IMG/VR virus record: IMGVR_UViG_3300021255_000003
Length of the DNA stretch: 35,428 nt
Source: a virus
Strand: one strand, 5' to 3'
In this document: positions 7,691 to 18,212 of the stretch, piece by piece
Position numbering within the stretch: position 1 is the first letter of the stretch
How the letters are laid out: each line of letters opens with the position of its first letter
Position numbers and translations under genes: made by a program
Notes under the pieces: model-generated
Database searches by the model: none
Told to the model about the DNA's origin: nothing
The model's input: only the letters and a program-made list of their open reading frames with translations

Positions 7691-7755
7691 AGTGTATCAT
7701 AAGTTTTTTTAATTATCAACTATATTTTTTGTTGATTAGCCGAATATGATACACT
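7691..7755. promoter_or_regulatory. Nested inverted repeats: AGTGTATCAT (7691-7700) / ATGATACACT (7746-7755) enclosing ATCAAC-N10-GTTGAT
   Basis: Perfect 10-bp arms. The right arm overlaps the -10 box of the operon promoter. Confidence 0.6.
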
Positions 7756-7774
7756 AATTTTATGCAAAAGTCAA
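7746..7774 (-). promoter_or_regulatory. Strong sigma-70-type promoter (-35 TTGACT, 17 bp, -10 TATCAT) for the 7587-6901 operon
   Basis: agtcaa at 7769-7774 and atgata at 7746-7751, read on the minus strand. Confidence 0.6.
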
Positions 7775-7809
7775 TAAAATCAATGCTTTTTGCCATAAAA
7801 TTTATGCAT

Positions 7810-7855
7810 AAAAAAAGAGTAGCGTTCAGTTCTGTTTAGTACCGTTCACTACTCT
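7810..7855 (-). terminator. Terminator of the lysis/late transcript (long hairpin AGAGTAG...CTACTCT plus T7)
   Basis: The stem flanks the stop of the 7836-8138 ORF. T-run on the minus strand. Confidence 0.5.
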
Positions 7856-8138
7856 TCTTTTTTTCTAGTATCTTTTTATTTTCTTTTACTATTTCCATTC
7901 TTCTATTATATTCTTCTGGATTATGTACTTCAAGATAATGTAGTTCTTGATGGTTATTAGCTGATAATAAGTAACTTTCTTCATAAATAGTATGATGTGT
8001 TTCTCTAATTGGTGGATAATGATGTAATTGTAATTTGCATTTCTTATATTTCTTCATATCATACATATCTATTCTTCCACAATTTAAAAACAATTGTTGC
8101 TTTATAGATTTTGAATTATTTGGCCTATTTTTACTCAT
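7836..8138 (-). CDS. HNH-like nuclease
   Basis: LHHYPPIRETHHT...SANNHQELH matches an HH..P...N...H..LH layout. TAATG overlap with the endolysin stop. Confidence 0.45.
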   Translation of the reverse strand: MSKNRPNNSKSIKQQLFLNCGRIDMYDMKKYKKCKLQLHHYPPIRETHHTIYEESYLLSANNHQELHYLEVHNPEEYNRRMEIVKENKKILEKKKSSERY

Positions 8139-9058
8139 TATTTTACTCTTAATTTTTGACCTACATATATTTTATTAATATTCTTTATGTTATTCCAACT
8201 AGCTATTTGATTGATTGAAGCACCATATTTTTTTGATATCTTACTTAAAGTATCTCCTGATCTAACTGTATAATATACTGGATTAGATTTAGGTTTACTA
8301 GCTCCTATTAACTGATTTACTCTAGCTTGTACTTCATTATATCTACTACCTAGTGATTTTTTTCTAGCTTCACCATTACCATGCTTACCAGCTAATACTT
8401 CTCTTGCTAATTCATCTGTTGTTTTTTGTTTTTTTGCTGATGCTGGTGTAGTTTTTTTAGTAAAATCTCTAACTAGATAATTTGCATCAAATATTTTTCC
8501 TCCAATGTTTTCTTTGTCAGTATATTGATGAATAGAATAGACTTTTTTATAATTTGGTTTTTCTACATACCAATGAGCTACCCATTTATCAAATCTATCT
8601 AATTTAGGATTATTTAATTGGTTATTTAACCAACTTGAACTAGCATATATGCCAGTATAATATCCTGCTTTTTCTATTGCATCACAAAATGTATAACAAA
8701 TATCTACTAGCATTTGATTAGATGGCATACCATGTCTTACTTTATATTTATCTGCATCCTCCATATCAAACCACACACCATATTTAAAATTAGCTCCTAC
8801 ATGTTTTAATTGTCTTAGAGTATGATTCACTTCACTTTTGGCTTTATTTAAATTTAGTGCATAAGAATAGATATAAACGCCATATGAAATACCTAATCTT
8901 TCACATTCCTTTATGTTATTAATAAATTGATTATCATCTTGTCTTGTTTCATCACTACCATAACCTAATCTTATTATTGCAAATTCATATCCAGCATTCT
9001 TTATTGATTGCCAATTTACTGTTCCATTATTTTTAGATACATCTACACCTTTTTTCAT
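8138..9058 (-). CDS. Endolysin: GH25 muramidase plus C-terminal LysM
   Basis: [31 protein letters not shown] is a GH25 N-terminus. [17 protein letters not shown]...IYVGQKL is a LysM domain. Confidence 0.9.
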   Translation of the reverse strand: MKKGVDVSKNNGTVNWQSIKNAGYEFAIIRLGYGSDETRQDDNQFINNIKECERLGISYGVYIYSYALNLNKAKSEVNHTLRQLKHVGANFKYGVWFDMEDADKYKVRHGMPSNQMLVDICYTFCDAIEKAGYYTGIYASSSWLNNQLNNPKLDRFDKWVAHWYVEKPNYKKVYSIHQYTDKENIGGKIFDANYLVRDFTKKTTPASAKKQKTTDELAREVLAGKHGNGEARKKSLGSRYNEVQARVNQLIGASKPKSNPVYYTVRSGDTLSKISKKYGASINQIASWNNIKNINKIYVGQKLRVK

Positions 9059-9411
9059 TAATTATCACTTCCTTTGTTATTATTTAATACTTGTTTTAAT
9101 TTTTCTGGGATAGGTAAACCTAATTTTTCCCAATTTTCACTGACTGATATTAGCTCCATAAAAATTACGTATAACGATACTCCTGTAGCTATTTTATTAA
9201 TACCAAAAGCCCAACTAAATAACATTGCTACAAAAATAAAAGATAGTTCAGCCATTTTCTTACCTAAACCATCTCTCATTTTTGAACTTTTAACATTGTT
9301 ATTTTTCCATGCATTATAATAGCCTGTAATTATGTCTAACACCATTAATATGCACGGTAAAGATACTGCCCAATAATCATGGGTAAATTTTAAATCTTGC
9401 AAATATTCCAT
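9058..9411 (-). CDS. Holin (phage_holin_4/TcdE-like family)
   Basis: Three hydrophobic segments. [25 protein letters not shown] motif. Directly upstream of the lysin. Confidence 0.8.
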   Translation of the reverse strand: MEYLQDLKFTHDYWAVSLPCILMVLDIITGYYNAWKNNNVKSSKMRDGLGKKMAELSFIFVAMLFSWAFGINKIATGVSLYVIFMELISVSENWEKLGLPIPEKLKQVLNNNKGSDN

Positions 9412-9414
9412 TTA

Positions 9415-11289
9415 TTATTCCTCACTTTCTATCTCTTCTATACTATTTAAAGTTGTTACTTCATTCGTTGATATATTACTTATACTATTTGTTGTTAATG
9501 TTTCTGTGCTTTCTTCTGTTGCTAATAAATCTAAATCTTTTAAAGCTACTGTTGATACTTGTAATGTCTCATTTTCTTCACTAACACTACTGCACTCTAT
9601 TATTGTTGTGCCTTTGTAAGAACGTGCGTTGTTATTTATGTTTTCTAGTTGTGATATTAATGTTGTATCGGTTATTTTTTTATAGGTTGGTGTCTTTAAA
9701 GGAAACATAATTATAACTGGATTACCATTGTTATATTTTTCTTGTAAATCTGTTTTAAAATTTGTTACATTATCAAACGAGGTGTTTTTTAAAAATAAAT
9801 TATAATGTCCACCTGAAAATTGCAATACAAAATCTCCATTGATTGTTCCATTATTTATTCCTGATTGAATTGAATTGTATTTATAATAATTAGATAACCC
9901 AAAACCAACAATAAATTTGTGTTTATCAAAAAATTTTGGTATATTAAAAAGATTTTCCCCATATTCTTTAACCCAACTTTCATTACCATTAATTACATAT
10001 ATATATATACCATTATACTCATACCAACTATCCAATTCTAAATCAGCATTATAATATTTACTACCTATTTCATTTTTAAATATAAAATTTTTATAATCAT
10101 TTATTCTTGCTAATTCTATATTACCTAGTGATAGTGGATATGTTTGTGGTGTGTAATATGGTTCGTATTCAGTTGCTTGTGAGCCTTCTTCAAATTGTAA
10201 ATTACTTATTGTTACTTGTGTTGCTGTGCCTCCATTTCCTCTAGCATACATATCTACTACTATTTCATCATAATCACTTGTGTTAATCATAATTTTTTGA
10301 ACATATTGATAATATGCACCATCATATATTATAGTTTTAACACCATCTTTAATTCCTCTAATTTCGTTTAGATAGGCTCTTCCACTACTTGAAGTATAAC
10401 TAAATGTATACTCTGTATTATTTCTAAAATTACTTATAGGAACTATTACTCTACCTTTCCAAGTAGAAACAGCATTACAAGTATATTCATTAGGACTAAT
10501 TATTGTTGTGTAATTATCTAAAGTATTTGTATATTTAGTTAAATCAAATAAATTCTTCCCTCTTATCTCTATATTTTGTTCACCTGTTACTACTTTAATA
10601 GGTTGAGGATAGTCTGGGTTAGGTGAGGGTTGCCCTCTTGTGTAAGCCTCGTATTCGGTTGCTTCTGTACCTAAATTCACCATCATTTTATCTAATGAAA
10701 CACTTTCGGTCTCGTTGTTTAAATTTGCATAATTAACAACTAAATATTGAGATAAACTATCCGTTGTTATTGTTATACTAGTACCACCATTATTTAATAC
10801 TTTATTATAACAATCATAATGTTTTTCAGTTGAAGTAGGGTCTGGAATATACTCATTTACAGTTGCAGCCCGAAATTCACTTGTTACAATTTCTTTTGAA
10901 ATAGTGTATGTTGTATTAGGTTGACATGGAATAATAAAACTCCTATTTTGTAAAGTTGTTTTAGTAGCAACATAATCACTTTGTTGAGCTATATACATTT
11001 TTATTATTCTAGCATTATCTTTATCAAATAATTGAGCTCCTGTCGTTGTCTCTTGACTAGCATATCCCTCAGGTGTTAAAGATAATAAAGCTTCTTCTGT
11101 ATCATTTAATGTTATATCAATACCACTACCCTCAATTTTAGGTAATTTATCATATATGCTTTTCATGTTACTTACATAATCTCTAAATGTTGTTTCATTG
11201 GCTATATTTCCACCTATTTTATTTATTTCGTTTTTTAATTTAGATTTTGTATTATTTAGGTAATTTAATTTATCTACTATTGTTCCCAT
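9415..11289 (-). CDS. Tail fiber / receptor-binding protein
   Basis: Last large gene of the tail module. Internal duplicated motif ATEYE(A/P)Y. No enzymatic motif recognised. Confidence 0.6.
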   Translation of the reverse strand: MGTIVDKLNYLNNTKSKLKNEINKIGGNIANETTFRDYVSNMKSIYDKLPKIEGSGIDITLNDTEEALLSLTPEGYASQETTTGAQLFDKDNARIIKMYIAQQSDYVATKTTLQNRSFIIPCQPNTTYTISKEIVTSEFRAATVNEYIPDPTSTEKHYDCYNKVLNNGGTSITITTDSLSQYLVVNYANLNNETESVSLDKMMVNLGTEATEYEAYTRGQPSPNPDYPQPIKVVTGEQNIEIRGKNLFDLTKYTNTLDNYTTIISPNEYTCNAVSTWKGRVIVPISNFRNNTEYTFSYTSSSGRAYLNEIRGIKDGVKTIIYDGAYYQYVQKIMINTSDYDEIVVDMYARGNGGTATQVTISNLQFEEGSQATEYEPYYTPQTYPLSLGNIELARINDYKNFIFKNEIGSKYYNADLELDSWYEYNGIYIYVINGNESWVKEYGENLFNIPKFFDKHKFIVGFGLSNYYKYNSIQSGINNGTINGDFVLQFSGGHYNLFLKNTSFDNVTNFKTDLQEKYNNGNPVIIMFPLKTPTYKKITDTTLISQLENINNNARSYKGTTIIECSSVSEENETLQVSTVALKDLDLLATEESTETLTTNSISNISTNEVTTLNSIEEIESEE

Positions 11290-12422
11290 TAAATCACCTC
11301 GCCATTTATAGTATCTATTACATTAGATATATCACCGACAATTGAATCTATTTCGGTTTTATTATAATAATTAGACATATCAGGGGTTTCTCCTGGATCC
11401 CCTTTAGGACCAGGCTTTCCAGTAGCACCTGTTGCTCCAGTTTCTCCTTTTTCTAATACAAAGTTAAAAACTGGATTCTCGTTTGTGCCTGTCCTTATTA
11501 CTGATGGAGTATTGCCACTTATAACTGTTCCTATCTGAATATTTGGTGTTGCTCCAGTAGGTCCTTGTATACCAGTTGCACCACTGAAATCAGCTAGATA
11601 TTGCCAACGATATGTAGGATCCTCAGTTTCTGTTTTAGTAAACATTTTGGCATTATCTTCTTGTTCAATATTACCTCTTATCATTACGTAATCATTTATT
11701 TGCATGTTATCATAATCTGCTATCATTTCTGCAATACTAGAATATGTTTTTTTTATCTTAAAAGCTTCTCCTTGAGGACCCATAGGTCCAGTTCTTCCTA
11801 ATAAATCTACATAAGTATATTCTTCATCTTCATCAGTTTTAATTCCTAGCTTTGTTTCATCCCAACGAAACATTAGACTTGTTCCATCAGATAATGTTAC
11901 TGTCTTTGTTGTATTATCTTTTTTAGTTAATTCTATAGTTGCTACCTTACCACTTTTATTTACATCTATATTAAGATTATTAGTTTCTTCAATAGCTTCT
12001 GTTACATCTTCTTTTAATTCTGTTGTTTCTCTTACTAACTGATTTGTTTCATTTATTAAATTATCTAATATTGGTACTCTGTCATCTGTTTCTACTACAT
12101 CATCGGTATTTACTAATTCACTTCTAACATTAAAATCTTTAATAGCATAATCTGTTAATCTTCCATTTTCTGAATATATAGATATTTCATATTTATATAT
12201 TCCAGGGGATTCTAATACTGGTAAAATTAATTCATTATTATTTATTTCCTGCACCCATATTTTATTGTCTGTTGGATATTTCAATTTAAAAAGAGCTCTT
12301 TCGAACTCTTTATCAAATTCAAATTTTAATTTATATGCTTCATAATCATTTTGAACTAATTCTTCTAAATTAGTTATAATTTTTTTCTTTTTAAAATTTA
12401 CTATTAAATAGTATTCATTCAT
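11289..12422 (-). CDS. Collagen-like repeat tail fiber protein
   Basis: G-X-Y runs: GRTGPMGPQGEA, GATGIQGPTGAT, GETGATGATGKPGPKGDPGET. Confidence 0.7.
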   Translation of the reverse strand: MNEYYLIVNFKKKKIITNLEELVQNDYEAYKLKFEFDKEFERALFKLKYPTDNKIWVQEINNNELILPVLESPGIYKYEISIYSENGRLTDYAIKDFNVRSELVNTDDVVETDDRVPILDNLINETNQLVRETTELKEDVTEAIEETNNLNIDVNKSGKVATIELTKKDNTTKTVTLSDGTSLMFRWDETKLGIKTDEDEEYTYVDLLGRTGPMGPQGEAFKIKKTYSSIAEMIADYDNMQINDYVMIRGNIEQEDNAKMFTKTETEDPTYRWQYLADFSGATGIQGPTGATPNIQIGTVISGNTPSVIRTGTNENPVFNFVLEKGETGATGATGKPGPKGDPGETPDMSNYYNKTEIDSIVGDISNVIDTINGEVI

Positions 12423-12433
12423 CTTTTACCTCC

Positions 12434-12919
12434 TTAACTAAATAAACCTGTTTTATATCCAATTATATATACTGGAATATTAATATGATCATTATTGTTG
12501 CTACCATTTACTAATCCTTGTTGGACATAAAAAACGGTATCACTAACATAGTCAATTTCTCTTGCCCTTATCATAGGAATTGCCCCAGTTTGATAACATT
12601 GTTGTAAAAAACTATTTTTTCCTTTTGGGATTTTACCAGTATTAAATACATTTGCTCCAGTTTTAGAACCATAATATATAACTTCATAGCAATCGTAATC
12701 ATTACTATTTAATGATATATTTTGTGCTGGAAAATCATTTAAAGGATTAGGATTAGCCCATAATATTTGTCCAGTTATATTTGTTAATTCTGTGGCATTA
12801 TTATTTACTACTGACTTGATTTCATTTAAATCTGTGTCATTACACTTATTTACATCTGCTATATCACTATTTTGATTTAAATATTGCTTGTCATCATAAG
12901 TTATTGTTTGTACTGCCAT
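12434..12919 (-). CDS. Tail/baseplate-associated hypothetical protein
   Basis: Track ORF with SD AGGAGG. Assigned by position in the tail module. Confidence 0.6.
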   Translation of the reverse strand: MAVQTITYDDKQYLNQNSDIADVNKCNDTDLNEIKSVVNNNATELTNITGQILWANPNPLNDFPAQNISLNSNDYDCYEVIYYGSKTGANVFNTGKIPKGKNSFLQQCYQTGAIPMIRAREIDYVSDTVFYVQQGLVNGSNNNDHINIPVYIIGYKTGLFS

Positions 12920-12927
12920 ATTTCCTC

Positions 12928-14841
12928 CTATTCTACTCTTACATTTTGAGTTATATTATAATATTTATTTATATTAAAAGTACCTGTTATTGTTTGATAA
13001 GATGTATTTTCATCATTAGATATTATTTCTATATTGGTAATTAACTTAGGTACATAAATTGTTATTTTATAGGTTGCTACTCCATTTGTTATTGTAGGTG
13101 TTCCTATATTTTGAATTATGCTTGTCCCATCTTGATAATTTATTCTTATTTTATTTGCTATTGTATCAGTATAATCATTAGTACTGCTAATTGATTGGTT
13201 TAGTCTTGTTGCTCCTAAATTATTGAGTATTTCATTATTAGGATTGTTACTATTTTTCATTACTAAAGTATTAAAGAAATTAATATCAAGCACTTCATAT
13301 ATGTTTTTAGTTATATTATTTGTATTATTATTCATTAATGTATTAGTTTCTGATATTAAATTTTGTTCTACTATTGTTGTATCATTTAACATAGTGTTAG
13401 GTATTTCTATTGTTGATATTGTGGTATTACCATTTATACTTAAATTATATAAATTTCTTGAAAATATTATATTTCCATCTTCATCATATAAATTGCTATA
13501 TTCAGGTATTAATGAATTAGTGTTTTCATAATCTAACCCATTATAATTAAACTGATTATAAATTAATGTTAATTTATTTAACGCATATGTTTCTTCTTCG
13601 TTGTTGTAATCACTATTTATATAAATATTATATAAATTATATTGATTATTTATATATGTATCACTATAAGCATTTATATTACTAAAATTATTTAAGTTAT
13701 CCATGATAGAACTTTCTCGCCCTTCTTGTTTATAATAAATGGTTGTATCTTGTATCATTCCAAAGAATATTTGTACTCCATATCTAAACGGATCATATCT
13801 TGTTACAAATACTGTTCCGTTTATATTTTGTAAATAGTATATTGCAGGGTGCCATGTTTCACTACCACCTTGATATCCAGTTGTACTTTCTATTAATTCA
13901 AGTGTATTTCCTACAACTTTATACAAATAATTAATATGATCTACATTATCAGATATTGAAGCATATATTGTATCGGAATTTAAAGCTAATATTTGGCTAG
14001 TTGTATATGAAAATGTATTAGATATATTAATCGTACTTATATTTGTTGCTGTTCCTGTTGATGATAAGGTATATGCTACATATTTGTTATTAAAAATATC
14101 TAATCCATAAGCATAATAAACATAATTATCTCCAACTTTATTTATTAATACAGAAAATCTAGATTGTGCATAATATACATTACTACCCATTGAATATAAA
14201 TTCCATGTATTAGTAGAACCAACATTAATTTGAAATATCATTACTTTAGTAGTAGCTTGTCCTGTTCCTTCGTAGCCAGTAATATAGTAAATAGATTCTC
14301 CTACAGCTTTTTTTATAATATCTTTAGGAGCTGTATTAATACAATGGAATCCATTAGTGGATGGTACTATATATGTTTTTTTCAGTTCAACTGAGTAGCT
14401 ATCAGAATTTACATTACTTAAAAATATATTATTAAATAATAGAACTCTTAATGTATAAGTACTACCTGATGTATCTTGTGATAACCCATATATACTTCCA
14501 TTTTCATCTATTTGCATTGAATATGTATCAAACAAATCACTACCACTAGCATATGTTTGAATTAGTTGTAACAAAATCATTTCCGCACTAAATACAGCTA
14601 TAAAAGATTTTCCTGTGTCATTATTTTTACCATATAATAAAACTTCATTATATTGATTTGCTGATAAATTCCCTCTTATAAGAATGTTTGTTATATCTGT
14701 ATTTAATTCAGTTGCTATTTGTTGTCTTGTATTAGTTGTGGTAATTTCATATTCACCAAATTGAGGCTCATTAACTCCAGTTTCTTGTTCTAAATTACCA
14801 GTTAAATATTTTAATAACTTATTTTTAAAATCTTCCGTCAT
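12928..14841 (-). CDS. Tail-associated (Tal-position) N/Y/T-rich structural protein
   Basis: Positioned downstream of Dit. SD AGGAGG. No lysin domain recognised. Confidence 0.6.
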   Translation of the reverse strand: MTEDFKNKLLKYLTGNLEQETGVNEPQFGEYEITTTNTRQQIATELNTDITNILIRGNLSANQYNEVLLYGKNNDTGKSFIAVFSAEMILLQLIQTYASGSDLFDTYSMQIDENGSIYGLSQDTSGSTYTLRVLLFNNIFLSNVNSDSYSVELKKTYIVPSTNGFHCINTAPKDIIKKAVGESIYYITGYEGTGQATTKVMIFQINVGSTNTWNLYSMGSNVYYAQSRFSVLINKVGDNYVYYAYGLDIFNNKYVAYTLSSTGTATNISTINISNTFSYTTSQILALNSDTIYASISDNVDHINYLYKVVGNTLELIESTTGYQGGSETWHPAIYYLQNINGTVFVTRYDPFRYGVQIFFGMIQDTTIYYKQEGRESSIMDNLNNFSNINAYSDTYINNQYNLYNIYINSDYNNEEETYALNKLTLIYNQFNYNGLDYENTNSLIPEYSNLYDEDGNIIFSRNLYNLSINGNTTISTIEIPNTMLNDTTIVEQNLISETNTLMNNNTNNITKNIYEVLDINFFNTLVMKNSNNPNNEILNNLGATRLNQSISSTNDYTDTIANKIRINYQDGTSIIQNIGTPTITNGVATYKITIYVPKLITNIEIISNDENTSYQTITGTFNINKYYNITQNVRVE

Positions 14842-14850
14842 ATTTACCTC

Positions 14851-16338
14851 CTACTGTATAAAAGGACTATTTAATGGACTATTAAGCACATTGTCACTTA
14901 TTGGTGTAACTTCTGTTATTGTTAGATTATCCCATATAATATTAGCTGTTTGTTCTATATCAACATTACGAGTTATATATTCTCCACTCGATATGTTACC
15001 TTCACTTTTTCTTCTTTGATTGTCAAAATAATTAATTTCATTGTTTAAATTGAAAGTACTGGATAATTCATATTCGTAATTAATCAAACTAAATTCTCCA
15101 GCTTGTTTTATGTAAGTAGTTTTTTTCTTGACTAAATATTCTTTTTTTAAGTCATCTAGAGGAGCATTAAAAAAGGTTTTTGAACCTAATGTTAAAAAAT
15201 TGCTTGAGCTATTTATTTTTAATACAATTTCGGGATTGCTATATGTTTTTATGTAAGATTGTGCTACTTTATTAAGTTCATCTGCGTCCAAAATATCATC
15301 TCTGTTCTCATATCTTGTTATGGTTCCTTTTCTTTGTGTTTGATTATTTATTCTTAATATTTCAGAATTATTGATAATTAATTCTCTTCCTTTAATCAAT
15401 GGAGTATAATTAATAATAATTTGTGTACCTGCTGTATAAGAATCATTTTCATTATTTTCAAATGTATTTTTTCCTGCTTCATAATAAAAATCAAACTCTA
15501 TTCCAATTTCTTTATCTGCTTCTGTTCCTATTGTTTTTTCAATACCATTCACAGTAATGCTATTAATAACTCCTATATTACTTGAAGTAGAAAATGTTTT
15601 ATCATAACCATTAGCTATTATTGTTTCCACATAATCAACATTTCCATATACTTGACTACTCTTTATTATTTGTTTATTTCTATAATCATTAGTTGAATAC
15701 TCATACTTAATGTCATTTATTTTGTTTCTCTTAAAATAATCAGCAGTATATTCTAAGTTGATATTTTCCATTAAATAGTCAACATCATAAAAATCAATTG
15801 CTATTGTATTTTCATCAATTAATCTAGTAAACCAAACTGATTGAGATATTTCACTTAAATATTCAAATACATCGTATGGTGTTTTATCAAGTGTAGAATA
15901 AGCACCAATTATTGATGTTGTATCCTTTATATTGATATTTCCTATTACAAACCCATAACTAGATATTGAATCAATTACTTGCTCTATTGCTTCAGGTATC
16001 GTTTTGTTGTTTATAACATAATCTAATGTATCTGATTCACTTAAAAGAGTTGAATAATCTAATATTTGTAAACTACAATAATGTGGTTTTCTTGGATTTA
16101 ATACCATATTGCCACTATTTTTTACTATTCCAGCAAATACTAGTTCATCGTTGTCATATATTAAACATTTTGAATAATCTTTTGGAAAATAGAAATCGGT
16201 TAATAATTTGCTAGTTCCTTTCCATCTTTTAGGATATACTTTATCTAAAATAACTGAAGAAGGGTTTTTCAACTCTTCTTCAATTTTATAAGAACTATCG
16301 CAAATCACTTCTTCATTATCTATGAATATTTTATTCAC
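14851..16338 (-). CDS. Distal tail protein (Dit / siphovirus tail component)
   Basis: Immediately follows the TMP, with GTG overlapping the TMP stop. Size and position are typical. Confidence 0.65.
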   Translation of the reverse strand: MNKIFIDNEEVICDSSYKIEEELKNPSSVILDKVYPKRWKGTSKLLTDFYFPKDYSKCLIYDNDELVFAGIVKNSGNMVLNPRKPHYCSLQILDYSTLLSESDTLDYVINNKTIPEAIEQVIDSISSYGFVIGNINIKDTTSIIGAYSTLDKTPYDVFEYLSEISQSVWFTRLIDENTIAIDFYDVDYLMENINLEYTADYFKRNKINDIKYEYSTNDYRNKQIIKSSQVYGNVDYVETIIANGYDKTFSTSSNIGVINSITVNGIEKTIGTEADKEIGIEFDFYYEAGKNTFENNENDSYTAGTQIIINYTPLIKGRELIINNSEILRINNQTQRKGTITRYENRDDILDADELNKVAQSYIKTYSNPEIVLKINSSSNFLTLGSKTFFNAPLDDLKKEYLVKKKTTYIKQAGEFSLINYEYELSSTFNLNNEINYFDNQRRKSEGNISSGEYITRNVDIEQTANIIWDNLTITEVTPISDNVLNSPLNSPFIQ

Positions 16339-18212
16339 TATTTACCACCACCATAGTTAAATGAATTTTTGGTACCACCTGAAAATACTTTGATGTCATT
16401 AACAAAGGCTCTACCGAATTTATCTACATCCATATCAGCTTCTACATTTACATATATTGGTTGATTATTAGAAATATTTGGTGTTAGATTACCATACATA
16501 TTAGATACATTTACAGAACCATTTTTTAAGAAATCTAGGCCTATAGTATCTTCTATAGTCTTATGAAGTTCTTTTTCGTTTTCTTCAAATCCTTTTTCTA
16601 ATCCTAACATATTCATTTCTCCAACCCAATAAAATTCAGTTGATGGAGAATGTACTCCAAATATACTTTTAACCTTATTCATAATAGATTTGCCTATACC
16701 TGCTACTTTGTTTAATAACCATTGTTTGGCATTGGCAATACCATTCCATAAACCTTGGATAAGATTCTTACCTATATTTTCTATTCCACTTAATCCACTT
16801 CTTATTTTTGTTTTTACATTATTAGGAATACCTTTTACATTATTAAGTAACCAATTAACATTATTTTTAATACCATTCCATAAGCCTTTTATAGCATTAA
16901 TTCCTATCTCTAACCACATTCTAGGCATTGATTTCCAATAATTCATTATTGATTTGATTATTGTAGGAAGATATGCTAATAAGGTAGGAAGTGCTTGTAT
17001 TAAGCCTTGCATTATTCCTATAAGAAGTTGATATCCAGCTTGTATAAATAATGGTAAATTATCTATTAAAACAGGTATCATTTGTAGAATAGCGTCCACT
17101 ATTAATGGTATTAAAGTTGGCATTTCCTTAGCTAGTGCTTGAACTATCATAATACTTGCTTTTATCAAAGCTTGTAATAATTGTGGTAGTATTTTTACTA
17201 TACCTGTAAAAGCTTGTACTATTCCATTCATTAATACTGGTAATAGTGCTGGTAATGCTTGTACTAAACCATTTATTAAATCTATAGCTCCTTTTATTAT
17301 TACTGGTAATAATTTTTGCAATAATGGTGGTAATTCAGGAATTATTCCATTAACCAATCCTATTATTCCTTCAACTATTTTAGGAGCCATCTCTTCAATA
17401 GATTTTACTACAATTTTACTAAAACTCATTAAACTATCTATTACATCTTCTATGCTTCCTGCACCACTTAAAAAATTTGATATAGATGCTTTTAATGTAG
17501 TAAATGAACCAGCAAATGTTTCGTTTTCTTTAGCGTAGTTTCCTGCGTATTTAGATGTTTTTTCTAAAAACATTTGCATAGTAAGTTCTACTTTTTCAGC
17601 ATTTGTCATTTCACTAGTGCTCTTTTTTATACCTTTTGATAAAGCATAAGCATTAAGTGTTGTATCATTCATTGCAACACCTAAGTTATCCATCATCGTA
17701 AAGTTACCTTTTGCTGCTCCTGCAATACTTTCCATTGCTGCGTTAACATCTATTCCCATTACGGAAGCTACATCAGCAGCTCTTTGCATTGCGTCAGTAG
17801 ATAGGCTCATTGATTTTTCTACAGTTAATCCAGCACCTTGCATTAATGAACCCATTTTATTAGCAGTAGCTAAATAATCATTTTGTGAAAGACCCATTTT
17901 TTTGAATGCTTCAGTACCTTTTTTTTGTACTGTATCAGCAAACTTTTCAAAAACAGCTTCACTACCACCTAATTGTTGTTCTAATTCTCCAGCCATGCTA
18001 ACAGATTTCATTACTAATCCGCCTAATGCGGTACTTGCTGCACCTACACCTACAGCTAGGCCTTTGAATACAGTTGCACCTACAGATTTAATTTTATCTA
18101 AATGACCAGGTGTTTTTTTAGCTTCTTCATTTAGGTTTTTCATCCCTTTTTCAGAAGCATTACTATCCGTAGTGACTTTTAATCTTACTTCTGCATCATT
18201 CTTATTTATCAC
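16338..18212 (-). CDS. Tape measure protein
   Basis: 624 aa, Ala/Gly/Leu-rich helical with hydrophobic central repeats. Follows the chaperone genes. The start is ambiguous: GTG at 18212 or AAG at 18203. Confidence 0.85.
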   Translation of the reverse strand: MINKNDAEVRLKVTTDSNASEKGMKNLNEEAKKTPGHLDKIKSVGATVFKGLAVGVGAASTALGGLVMKSVSMAGELEQQLGGSEAVFEKFADTVQKKGTEAFKKMGLSQNDYLATANKMGSLMQGAGLTVEKSMSLSTDAMQRAADVASVMGIDVNAAMESIAGAAKGNFTMMDNLGVAMNDTTLNAYALSKGIKKSTSEMTNAEKVELTMQMFLEKTSKYAGNYAKENETFAGSFTTLKASISNFLSGAGSIEDVIDSLMSFSKIVVKSIEEMAPKIVEGIIGLVNGIIPELPPLLQKLLPVIIKGAIDLINGLVQALPALLPVLMNGIVQAFTGIVKILPQLLQALIKASIMIVQALAKEMPTLIPLIVDAILQMIPVLIDNLPLFIQAGYQLLIGIMQGLIQALPTLLAYLPTIIKSIMNYWKSMPRMWLEIGINAIKGLWNGIKNNVNWLLNNVKGIPNNVKTKIRSGLSGIENIGKNLIQGLWNGIANAKQWLLNKVAGIGKSIMNKVKSIFGVHSPSTEFYWVGEMNMLGLEKGFEENEKELHKTIEDTIGLDFLKNGSVNVSNMYGNLTPNISNNQPIYVNVEADMDVDKFGRAFVNDIKVFSGGTKNSFNYGGGK

